NCBI GenBank assembly: GCA_964635635.1
Contig: CAZWPE010000001.1
Coordinates: 639,020-703,019 of the forward strand
Length of the DNA: 64,000 nucleotides
From: an uncultured Myxococcaceae bacterium
Lineage (GTDB): Bacteria > Myxococcota > UBA727 > JABDBI01
Direction: 5' to 3'
Shown: positions 1 through 7,983 of the stretch, piece after piece
How positions within the stretch are numbered: position 1 is the stretch's first letter
How the letters are laid out: every line of letters begins with the position of its first letter
Position numbers and translations under genes: made by a program
The notes under the pieces: model-generated
Databases searched by the model: none
Seen by the model: the letters and a program-made list of their open reading frames with translations, nothing else
Told to the model about the DNA's origin: nothing

Positions 1-508
1 GTGCCATCTGCTTAATCGCTTCTGGCAAATTTTTAAGCAGCTCTTGCCCGGGCGCAAAAACAACCAACAAACCTTCTGGCGGTCCATATGCGTCAGGCTG
101 ATCTTTAGAAATCGAAACTTCATTTCGAAGAAGTTCAAGCTTAAGCGCTTCTTTGGAATTAAGCTTATAGCCAGCTTCAACTTTAGCCTCTAGTTGCTCA
201 GATTCTTTTTGTGCAGTTTCCTGTGTAGAGCCATAACCTAACAGAAACTCAAGAAAATCACTGAGTTTTCCTTCTGGAAGCAATGACTGCGCGACAGTCT
301 TAATCGGTTCAATTAAAGCTGTCGTTGTATCTTCAATCAAACGCTCAAATGAACTTTTGGACTTTGGTTTGACTTCAACCCGAAAAGGATCCGGAGCCTC
401 AGACCTAAATACCGACAATCCACCAGCTGATATATTCAGCGATACGGCAAAGCTCAGAATTAGAAAAATCCTAGATTTCAAACCCAAACGCACTATATCC
501 GTGTTCAT
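1..508 (-). CDS. Partial CDS (N-terminal part; continues past window start) of a secreted hypothetical protein. ATG ~506-508, predicted signal peptide MNTDIVRLGLKSRIFLILSFAVSLNISAGG; overlaps the 3' end of mvk in another frame.
   Basis: Hand translation of the minus strand gives an open frame from ATG (~508) to the window edge with a K/R-hydrophobic-AxA-like N-terminus. Not in the ORF track because it is truncated by the window edge. Confidence 0.35.
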   Translation of the reverse strand, partial: MNTDIVRLGLKSRIFLILSFAVSLNISAGGLSVFRSEAPDPFRVEVKPKSKSSFERLIEDTTTALIEPIKTVAQSLLPEGKLSDFLEFLLGYGSTQETAQKESEQLEAKVEAGYKLNSKEALKLELLRNEVSISKDQPDAYGPPEGLLVVFAPGQELLKNLPEAIKQMA

Positions 509-1337
509 TGAATGTCTCTACTAACTGATTATTCGAATGACACAAGGCAATCACACAACCACCCCCACCTGCACCAGTGAGTTTAGCTCCAAAAGCACCA
601 TTTGAATTCGCAATCTCACATAAACGATCGAGCTCAGATGTTGATACGCCGAGCCGGCCAAGAAGCTGATGGTTTTCATTCATCAACCGTCCTATCGTCG
701 AAAGTTCACCCTCTTCTATGGCTGTCCGCATATGATGCGTCAGCTGACCAATCTCTTCAAAAATTCTCGTTACGGAAACTCGGTCTGATTCTAGAAGTTG
801 TTTGACAGCCTGAACAGCTTTTAATGTGCCTCCGTGGGGTCTAGAGACTGCAACCACTATCGGAAGTCTGGCTGGGCAAGATATTCGTTCAGCTTGTCCT
901 TTTTGAAACCAAATCATGCCTTCTTTCGCAATCACCGTGTGATCCACCCCAGAGGGGTTGCCGTGAAAAATCTTTTCAAGTTCAAGCGCCATTTTTGCAA
1001 TCTCGACTGGTGTTTGGGTTTCACCAAAATGATCAAGAATCGCGCGAATCAATCCAACAGAAAGTGCTGCAGAGCTACCTAGACCACAGCCTCCTGGGAT
1101 TTCGCTTTTTATGTTAAACTGCAGTTGCAAAATCCTAGGACCAAGCATCTGGGCAAGGCGCTCGATTAAAATCCCCCCTACCCCACTTTGCCAAAGGGGG
1201 GGAAATTGAAACCCTGGCGTATCAGATTTGCAGGCTTCCACTGATACAAATCGCGGAATCGTCGATGCGATAGCTGGGTAGCCATACACTACCGAATGCT
1301 CACCAGCTAAAATAATTTTTCCAAGTGCACGCGCCAT
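471..1337 (-). CDS. mvk: Mevalonate kinase (GHMP kinase family)
   Basis: 288 aa. N-terminal LGKIILAGEHSVVYG, GHMP motif GGCGLGSSAA, and C-terminal KLTGAGGGGCVIAL are the three canonical MVK motifs. Start overlaps the HMGR stop. Confidence 0.85.
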   Translation of the reverse strand: MARALGKIILAGEHSVVYGYPAIASTIPRFVSVEACKSDTPGFQFPPLWQSGVGGILIERLAQMLGPRILQLQFNIKSEIPGGCGLGSSAALSVGLIRAILDHFGETQTPVEIAKMALELEKIFHGNPSGVDHTVIAKEGMIWFQKGQAERISCPARLPIVVAVSRPHGGTLKAVQAVKQLLESDRVSVTRIFEEIGQLTHHMRTAIEEGELSTIGRLMNENHQLLGRLGVSTSELDRLCEIANSNGAFGAKLTGAGGGGCVIALCHSNNQLVETFNEHGYSAFGFEI

Positions 1338-2470
1338 TAAACCTGCTTTCGGTGGTGAAGAGCCATGTGGCCCGCTTGAATTCCCTCAGCTGCGAGAGCC
1401 CGCATTGCCGCAATATTTTGCGCAAGACCTACGCTCGCAATCAAACCTGATAATTGCTTCGCGCTTTTACCAAATTCACCAAGCAATTCAAGACAAGCCT
1501 GAACTGTTGGGTGTGCTTTTGTTACGCCGCCAACAACTCCAATCGCCATTGGCAATGCAATGCGAGCTTTGAGAACTTGGTGAGTATCATCAAGCTCATA
1601 GTGCGTGAGCGGCCCGTAGCCTCCGGGCTGCACAGCAGCATAGGCATGCGCCCCAGCTTCCACAGCACGCCAGTCATTGCCTGTGGCAATCACGACAGCA
1701 TCGACACCATTCATCACACCCTTATTGTGCGTGCAGGCTCGATAAGGGTCCAATCGCGCAAACTCATAACCCAGAACCATGCGCTCCGCGATTTGACGGC
1801 CATTGTCTTTGGCTGCATCGTTTGCCAGCGCTCTATAGGGAATTTCACATGAAGAACGCGCCAAACGTTCGTCACTTAAGTTAGATAAAATTTTAAATCC
1901 GACAGAGGCACCCGTTAACACTGAAATATCTGGAGCAAGACCTTCCATCATCGTATTAATTGCATTTGCCCCCATGGCATCACGGCAATCAATTCGAACT
2001 TCCACAACACCCATCAAACCACTCAAAGCCTTGAAACAAATCCTAAGACAGCCGCCGCCTCGGGATGGCAAACTGCCTGCAAGTTGATTTGCCTTCGCAA
2101 TCAATTGAAGCTCATGTGAACTAATAATATCTGCCACGCGTTCCCAATCACTGGCGCCCGTCAATTGAATTTGGCCCATCATGACGGGTTCATTCACTTC
2201 GGTCTTAAAGCCGCCTGTCAATGAAGCCAACTTTGCCATATGACTTGCAGCAGCAATCACAGACGGTTCTTCGATTGCCATCGGAATCCACACAGGTTTC
2301 CCATCAATCATAAAATGACAGGCTACGCCGAGAGGAAGTTGCATTGTGCCAACTAAATTCTCAACCATATCGTCAGCTTGCTTCAATTCAAGCTTGGCAT
2401 CCATGGAAACAGGCAAGCGTCCACGTCGTTCATCAATCGACAACGAATAAAAATTAGAAAAATCAGGCAT
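1337..2470 (-). CDS. mvaA: Hydroxymethylglutaryl-CoA reductase, class II (degradative/NAD(P)H type)
   Basis: 377 aa. VENLVG (ENVIG-like), DAMGANAINTM and GTVGG-like IGVVGG motifs. Translationally coupled to mvk and to the upstream IMPDH-like gene (8-nt overlap). Confidence 0.88.
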   Translation of the reverse strand: MPDFSNFYSLSIDERRGRLPVSMDAKLELKQADDMVENLVGTMQLPLGVACHFMIDGKPVWIPMAIEEPSVIAAASHMAKLASLTGGFKTEVNEPVMMGQIQLTGASDWERVADIISSHELQLIAKANQLAGSLPSRGGGCLRICFKALSGLMGVVEVRIDCRDAMGANAINTMMEGLAPDISVLTGASVGFKILSNLSDERLARSSCEIPYRALANDAAKDNGRQIAERMVLGYEFARLDPYRACTHNKGVMNGVDAVVIATGNDWRAVEAGAHAYAAVQPGGYGPLTHYELDDTHQVLKARIALPMAIGVVGGVTKAHPTVQACLELLGEFGKSAKQLSGLIASVGLAQNIAAMRALAAEGIQAGHMALHHRKQV

Positions 2471-3527
2471 TATGGTTCAAACTCTCTTCAACACCGGAAA
2501 TATCATGTACATGGCTTTCTCTGAGACCGGCTGAAGTCATTCGAACAAACTCTGCGTTTTCACGCAAGGCCTTTAAATTGGCTGCACCCAAATATCCCAT
2601 ACCTGCCCTAAGACCTCCCACAAGCTGGAAAATCACAGATTCAAGCGTCCCGCGATACGGAGTCAGACCGGCAACACCTTCCGGAACGAGTTTTTTAACA
2701 TCCTTCACTGAAGCTTGACCGTAGCGATCTTTGCTCCCTCGGGCCATGGCTTTGGCACTGCCCATGCCGCGGTAGTTCTTCCAAAGCTTGCCGCTATGCT
2801 CTATCACTTCGCCAGGTGATTCCGCTGTTCCTGCCAGCAAAGAACCAAGCATCACAGCATCTGCCCCTGCAGCAAGCGCTTTGACAATATCTCCAGAATG
2901 CTGAATACCGCCGTCCGCAATCAGTCCGATACCTGCTGGGCGGGTCACACTCGCCACATCTAAAATCGCAGACAACTGCGGGACCCCTACCCCCGCAACA
3001 ATGCGAGTAGTGCAAATCGACCCTGGACCAACACCCACTTTCACAACATCAACACCTGCGTCCATCAAAGCCTGAGCTGCTTTTGCTGTTGCTATATTTC
3101 CGCCAACAATCACGTGTGTTGGGTATCGTTTCTTAAGCCATGCCACAGCATCAAGTACCCCTTTGGAGTGCCCATGTGCAGTATCAACCACCAGCATTTT
3201 GACGCCGGCTTGAACCAAAGCTTCTGCCCGCGCCTCCAGTTCTGGCCCTGGACCCACGGCAGCAGCTACACAACCTATCGTTTCAGAGACTTCAAACGCC
3301 TGTTCAGGAATACTCAAGTTTTTGTGAATCACTCCAAGTCCACCGAGCTCTCCCATTGCGGTAGCCAAACGAGACTCTGTCACGGTATCCATGGCCGCAG
3401 ACAGAATAGGAATCCCTAATTCTAACCCTAGGGCTAGGCTAGCATTGGTTTCTACCTGAGTAGGCAATACTTCGGAGTAAGCAGGGAGCAACAATACATC
3501 TTGGAAAGTCAGTGCTTGTCTGAACAT
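2463..3527 (-). CDS. IMP dehydrogenase / GMP reductase family protein lacking the CBS (Bateman) subdomain
   Basis: 354 aa. N-terminal [32 protein letters not shown], catalytic-Cys loop [11 protein letters not shown], and [25 protein letters not shown]. The segment where IMPDH normally carries two CBS domains is absent. Confidence 0.75.
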   Translation of the reverse strand: MFRQALTFQDVLLLPAYSEVLPTQVETNASLALGLELGIPILSAAMDTVTESRLATAMGELGGLGVIHKNLSIPEQAFEVSETIGCVAAAVGPGPELEARAEALVQAGVKMLVVDTAHGHSKGVLDAVAWLKKRYPTHVIVGGNIATAKAAQALMDAGVDVVKVGVGPGSICTTRIVAGVGVPQLSAILDVASVTRPAGIGLIADGGIQHSGDIVKALAAGADAVMLGSLLAGTAESPGEVIEHSGKLWKNYRGMGSAKAMARGSKDRYGQASVKDVKKLVPEGVAGLTPYRGTLESVIFQLVGGLRAGMGYLGAANLKALRENAEFVRMTSAGLRESHVHDISGVEESLNHNA

Positions 3528-3557
3528 TTCCCCCCACTACTGTATAAACACCAACTT

Positions 3558-4574
3558 TCAAACCCATAAACGCTGAACGCGCTCTGAAATTCCAGTCATG
3601 ACTTCATAATCAATCGTGCCACACATCTCAGCGATTTCAGGAATACTCATGAACGTGATGTCATCTCCCACTTTACAATCCACATCTGTCACGTCGAGTG
3701 TTATTAAATCCATCGACACCCTACCAATCATAGGTGCCTTAGAGCCATTCACCCAGGCATAACCCTGGTTCGACAATGCGCGCAGGATGCCATCCGCGTA
3801 CCCGCCCCTCACGACAGCAAGCCGGGTATCTCGCTTGGCAGTCCAGGTTTTGTCATACCCGACCCCAGTGCCAACTCGAATCGTTTTAAGCAGGGTCACC
3901 GGTGCAGTGAGAGACATGACAGAATCATAAAGCGCAATTCCTGGCCTTACCCAGGTTTCAATCCCAGGATATCGCGTCACATGCCCACTCAATATGGCTG
4001 AGCTTTTGGCTGTATGAATCACTTTTGGCGTGAGTCCTGCTTCCTGAAATTCTTGAAGTGAAGATTCAAATCGCTGAATCTGCAGGGGTGTTTCTGCGTC
4101 TGAAAAATGTGTACTGAGACCTTCCAGGGTCAATTTATGTTCCACTCGATTCCAAGCAGCAATTAAATCAGCCACCTGCGTCCACAAACAACCACCTCGT
4201 GACATCCCCGTATCAACGTCAATATGGACGGCTGCTGTCTTTTCCAACCGACACAATGCTTCAAACTCCGCAATCGATGATATCATGGGCGTAATATTAG
4301 CATTCACAATACGTTCAGCCGTCCAACTTAGCCCTGCACCAGACATTAACAAAATCTGCGCTTTGATGCCCGCACCACGCAAAGCCTCCGCCTCTTCAAT
4401 CGTTGCAACACCAAATTTATCAACACCCAATTCTTCAAAAAATCGCGCAACCGCAAGAAAACCATGCCCATAGGCATTGGCTTTAATCATTACAACCAAC
4501 CCGCACCCGGGTGCCAATTGAAGAATCCGATCATAATTCGAACGGAAAATATGAGCATTAATTAGAGCTTTCAT
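3558..4574 (-). CDS. alr: Alanine racemase
   Basis: 338 aa. PLP-lysine motif VMIKANAYGHG and typical alr length and architecture. Confidence 0.9.
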   Translation of the reverse strand: MKALINAHIFRSNYDRILQLAPGCGLVVMIKANAYGHGFLAVARFFEELGVDKFGVATIEEAEALRGAGIKAQILLMSGAGLSWTAERIVNANITPMISSIAEFEALCRLEKTAAVHIDVDTGMSRGGCLWTQVADLIAAWNRVEHKLTLEGLSTHFSDAETPLQIQRFESSLQEFQEAGLTPKVIHTAKSSAILSGHVTRYPGIETWVRPGIALYDSVMSLTAPVTLLKTIRVGTGVGYDKTWTAKRDTRLAVVRGGYADGILRALSNQGYAWVNGSKAPMIGRVSMDLITLDVTDVDCKVGDDITFMSIPEIAEMCGTIDYEVMTGISERVQRLWV

Positions 4575-5494
4575 ATTGAGTTAAGCAGCAACCTAAAAGG
4601 CTCATCCTTTGATGCCATATCCATACCTTGAGAAACAAGTCTACTCACTTGAGCTTTATCACGCTTCAAAAATTCCGCAACTTCAGTAACACTTCTTGCA
4701 CTTACCATAACTGCAGCGGTTGAAAGCAGTCTTCTCGCCATCACCAAGTCTTGTCTTCTGGATAAGCTTGACAGCATCCCAGTGTTTACATTGAGCAACA
4801 AGGCTACACGTTTTGCGAGTGCAACCAATGACAAACGTTTTCGGCGTGGTTCTTTCTTTTGAGCAATTACCAGCATAGGCTCTACAGGTTCTTCGATATC
4901 AAGAGCTGCAGATTCTACAAAACGTGCAAAAGCTTTGCGAGAAACAGTCGACAGCTCTGAGAATACTTCAAAAACTTGTTCTGACTGCAGATTACCATTC
5001 CAAGGGGTATCCAGTCCCAAATAAGCCCTGTGCGAACTCCAAGGATAGTGTTCAGCTCTATTCACGACTCCTTTTCGAACGGGCCACAGATGAATATTTC
5101 TCAAAGCTTCTAAAATTTGTTCTTCTGTCAAAACATAAGACTCAAATCTGGCCTGAAATAGAGGCCCGTGACGTTGGTATTTATGATTCAGCCTGAGCGT
5201 ATGACTTCCATGAATACGCTGCATCATTCGGGCAAGTGACAACTGCGTAGGCTTTACCAGCAAACGAAGTTCTTCTGGATGGAGACAAAAACCATAAACC
5301 TGTATAACATCTTGTCGTGAGAGATCAGCCAACAAACTTAAATAACCTTCAAAATCTTGAGATTCATAAAACAGCTTATTCCCGCTTCCAGGCTTGGCAG
5401 AAATGAGATGAGGCTGGCCCATTTGAGTCACGCGAGCTTGTCTAGGCACAGACAAAACCCCCGGGTTGATGAAATAAAGGACATGAGCCCCCAA
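4571..5494 (-). CDS. Y1 (HUH) transposase-like (COG1943 / IS200-like, REP-associated tyrosine transposase (RAYT)-like) protein fused to a C-terminal DnaA domain-IV-like HTH. Probable true start at the internal Met (coordinate 5422).
   Basis: 307 aa. HYPWSSHRAY motif typical of COG1943 transposase-like proteins. C-terminal RRQDLVMARRLLSTAAVMVSARSVTEVAEFLKRDKAQVSRLV resembles the DnaA C-terminal DNA-binding domain. 4-nt overlap with the alr start. Confidence 0.5.
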   Translation of the reverse strand: MGAHVLYFINPGVLSVPRQARVTQMGQPHLISAKPGSGNKLFYESQDFEGYLSLLADLSRQDVIQVYGFCLHPEELRLLVKPTQLSLARMMQRIHGSHTLRLNHKYQRHGPLFQARFESYVLTEEQILEALRNIHLWPVRKGVVNRAEHYPWSSHRAYLGLDTPWNGNLQSEQVFEVFSELSTVSRKAFARFVESAALDIEEPVEPMLVIAQKKEPRRKRLSLVALAKRVALLLNVNTGMLSSLSRRQDLVMARRLLSTAAVMVSARSVTEVAEFLKRDKAQVSRLVSQGMDMASKDEPFRLLLNSI

Positions 5495-6283
5495 CTTGCA
5501 CAGCGCATTGAAGCTTTGTCGCGCAGCAAACTTAATTCATTCCATGTTGATCCTTTTGGATTGGATCCTGACAGCGTTAAGCCTTACGCACCGCTGGCAC
5601 ACTGGCTGTATACAAAATATTTTCGATGCAAGGTTTATGGAAAAGCCAATATACCGACAGGGCGTGCATTGGTTATTGCAAATCATTCGGGTCAGCTGCC
5701 TTTTGATGGACTCATGATAGCCATGGCTTTCATGCTAGAAGCAAAGGAACCTAGGCTTCTCAGAGGCATGGCCGAACGCTGGAGCGCTGAACTGCCTTTT
5801 ATTAGCTCATTATTTGCCAGAACCGGAACCGTGGTAGGCGACCCAAATGTGTGCCGAGATCTTCTGGAAAACGATGAAGCCATTTTGGCCTTTCCAGAAG
5901 GTGTCCGAGGCATCTCTAAGCTTTTTAAGAATCGCTATCGTCTAGAGGCCTTTGGGACTGGGTTCATGAAATTAGCGCTTCAAACCCGTTCCCCCATCAT
6001 ACCAGTTGCTGTGATTGGCGCAGAGGAACAAGCACCCTCAATCGCGAACTTCTCGAAACTTGGCAATCTACTGGGGGCCCCTGGTTTGCCGGTGATTTTC
6101 CCCCAAATCCTACCCATTCCATTACCTGTAAGATACCGGATTTACATTGGAAAGCCCTTGAAGTTTAATCCCGAAGACCATAAAAATGACCATCTAATCA
6201 CTGCCTATACGGACCAAGTCCAATGTAAAATTCAAGGCATGATTAATCACGGGCTTAAAGTTCGTAAGCATATCTTCTGGTAA
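5483..6283 (+). CDS. Lysophospholipid / 1-acyl-sn-glycerol-3-phosphate acyltransferase family protein (PlsC-like)
   Basis: HX4D acyltransferase motif ANHSGQLPFDG and PEGVRG motif. The ORF-track start (5357) overlaps the divergent gene; the Met at 5483 is the likely start. Confidence 0.75.
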   Translation: MSPQLAQRIEALSRSKLNSFHVDPFGLDPDSVKPYAPLAHWLYTKYFRCKVYGKANIPTGRALVIANHSGQLPFDGLMIAMAFMLEAKEPRLLRGMAERWSAELPFISSLFARTGTVVGDPNVCRDLLENDEAILAFPEGVRGISKLFKNRYRLEAFGTGFMKLALQTRSPIIPVAVIGAEEQAPSIANFSKLGNLLGAPGLPVIFPQILPIPLPVRYRIYIGKPLKFNPEDHKNDHLITAYTDQVQCKIQGMINHGLKVRKHIFW

Positions 6284-6290
6284 GCAGGTA

Positions 6291-6325
6291 TTTGACATTG
6301 GACCCAAAACCCCCTATGCAGGGTT
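6291..6325 (+). promoter_or_regulatory. Candidate sigma70-type promoter (TTGACA-17-TATGCA) upstream of rpmF
   Basis: ttgacattggacccaaaaccccctatgca followed by an AAGGAG SD 9 nt before the rpmF ATG. Confidence 0.25.
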
Positions 6326-6350
6326 GAAGTTATTTTGAAGGAGTTTTCCC

Positions 6351-6536
6351 ATGCCAGTACCTTATGGACGTAAAAGCCGCAGCAAGAGCCGTATGCAACG
6401 AGCTGCCAATATGCGCTACACCGCAAAGCCATACCAGCACTGCCCTAATTGCAACGAGCCTAAGGCTCCGCATCATGTCTGTGGTAAATGTGGACATTAT
6501 GCTGGCAAGGCTGTGTTTAAGATCGAAGAAAATTAA
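6351..6536 (+). CDS. rpmF: 50S ribosomal protein L32
   Basis: 61 aa. MPVPYGRKSRSKSRMQRA...CPNCNEPKAPHHVCGKCGHYAGK matches the L32 N-terminus and zinc-ribbon pattern. AAGGAG RBS. Confidence 0.9.
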   Translation: MPVPYGRKSRSKSRMQRAANMRYTAKPYQHCPNCNEPKAPHHVCGKCGHYAGKAVFKIEEN

Positions 6537-6591
6537 CCGACTCCTCTAAAGATCGGATTCATAAAGTCTCAAAGCTTCGCATACTCTGCGA

Positions 6592-7983
6592 ATGTTTTTG
6601 AGGCTTTTTCTTTTCCTACTCGCCATAACATCGTCATTGCGAGGAGGCGTAGCCGACGCGGCAATCCACTGCAATGTTTTGATTTTAGGTGCCGGGCCCG
6701 GGGGCGTCCATACTGCTTACCAGCTTTCAAAATTACCTAATCAAAATATTTGTGTCGTTGAAAAAGAAGACCATCTGGGTGGAAGACTTTTTGACGTCGC
6801 ACTGGATCCAACCCACCCTCAATGGGTCTATGGCATGGGTGGCCTTCGGGTAATGGAGTCTCAAAAAAATGTCTTGAATCTGGCCAAAGAAATCGGTGTT
6901 GAACTTGAATATGCGCCTTACAAAGACACACTAATTAATACGCGTGGTATTTTTGGGGCAGATTCTGGAAGTATTGCCAAGCAAGCTTACCCGCTTGTTC
7001 AAATCAGCGAAGATGATTTGTACAAAAAATTACTGACCAGCCCTGAGCGTGCCAATGCCAAAAAATATCCCAGCATACGCTCCTACATGCAAAGCGTAAT
7101 TGGCGCTGAAGCACAAACTTTTTTACATGATGTCTCTCGTTTTCGAGCAGAGTTTGAGGCTCCTATCGATGTACGTTCTTATTTGGATTATATGGACGAA
7201 GAAATGGAAACCTGTTGCAATGCCTACTACCCAACGGGTGGCATGTCCGCATTTGTTTATAAAATGGCAGATCACGCGCGTTCTCGGGGTGTTCGTTTCT
7301 TTAGTTCAGAACCTGCCATAAGCATCCACAAAGCTTTTGGACTCTATCAGGTCAAAACGCCACATTATGTTTTCGAGGGTCAAAAATTGGTGATTGCAAT
7401 TAACGCCCAAGGCTTCAAATACGTCGGTGGAGATATCGCTCGGCGAATTCAATCACAGAGACAGTTTCAAGATATACTCGGCATCAAAGTCGTGACTGTC
7501 GCACAACAATTTCCAAACGCCTGGTGGCAGAATACCAATATCAGACGTGCTTGGACCAATGAGCATTGCCTCAATGCGCTCGAAATTCCCCTGAACACCT
7601 ATGCCGTACAGCAGCGTGTCATGCGCAGTGTATATGATGATGATATGCGCTGTGTCTCATTTTGGGAAAATACTTATCGCCATTTTGGACTAAAAGGCGT
7701 TGAAACTGAAATCATGAAGGGCTTGAAGCACCTCTTTTCTGGGGCTCATATCCCGTGGCCATCAAACACAGTGATTCAATTTTGGCCAGCTGCTTGGTAC
7801 TACTTGCGGGCCGGTACTCCTTTTAGCAATCGTGAGATTGCAGAGTGGGCTGTGGAGCCGCTACCAGGTGAAGATGTTTCACTGGTTGGAGATTCTTACT
7901 ATATTCAGCGTTCCGGCTGGAGCGATGCGGCTTATAAATCTTCGATGAATACCTTAAAGAGGCGATTTGGGATGGAAAATTAG
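6592..7983 (+). CDS. Secreted FAD-dependent amine oxidase / NAD(P)-binding oxidoreductase family protein
   Basis: 463 aa. N-terminal signal peptide, then Rossmann dinucleotide motif VLILGAGPGGVHTAYQLSK. Confidence 0.6.
   Translation: MFLRLFLFLLAITSSLRGGVADAAIHCNVLILGAGPGGVHTAYQLSKLPNQNICVVEKEDHLGGRLFDVALDPTHPQWVYGMGGLRVMESQKNVLNLAKEIGVELEYAPYKDTLINTRGIFGADSGSIAKQAYPLVQISEDDLYKKLLTSPERANAKKYPSIRSYMQSVIGAEAQTFLHDVSRFRAEFEAPIDVRSYLDYMDEEMETCCNAYYPTGGMSAFVYKMADHARSRGVRFFSSEPAISIHKAFGLYQVKTPHYVFEGQKLVIAINAQGFKYVGGDIARRIQSQRQFQDILGIKVVTVAQQFPNAWWQNTNIRRAWTNEHCLNALEIPLNTYAVQQRVMRSVYDDDMRCVSFWENTYRHFGLKGVETEIMKGLKHLFSGAHIPWPSNTVIQFWPAAWYYLRAGTPFSNREIAEWAVEPLPGEDVSLVGDSYYIQRSGWSDAAYKSSMNTLKRRFGMEN

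Noticed and set aside
2463-3527. Possibility that the gene in the mevalonate operon is type-2 isopentenyl-diphosphate isomerase (fni, also a ~350-aa TIM barrel)
   Set aside because: The sequence carries IMPDH-specific motifs ([30 protein letters not shown] with catalytic Cys) rather than the FMN/IDI-2 motifs. Called IMPDH-family instead.
6364-6549. Alternative 61-aa ORF overlapping rpmF in another frame
   Set aside because: The rpmF frame has an RBS and an exact L32 match. The alternative frame has no support.
6572-6600. Weak hairpin plus T-run (cttcgcatactctgcgaatgttttt) after rpmF as an intrinsic terminator
   Set aside because: The stem is only ~6 bp, and the T-run overlaps the ATG of the next gene. 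It could be a weak attenuator but is too marginal to call.
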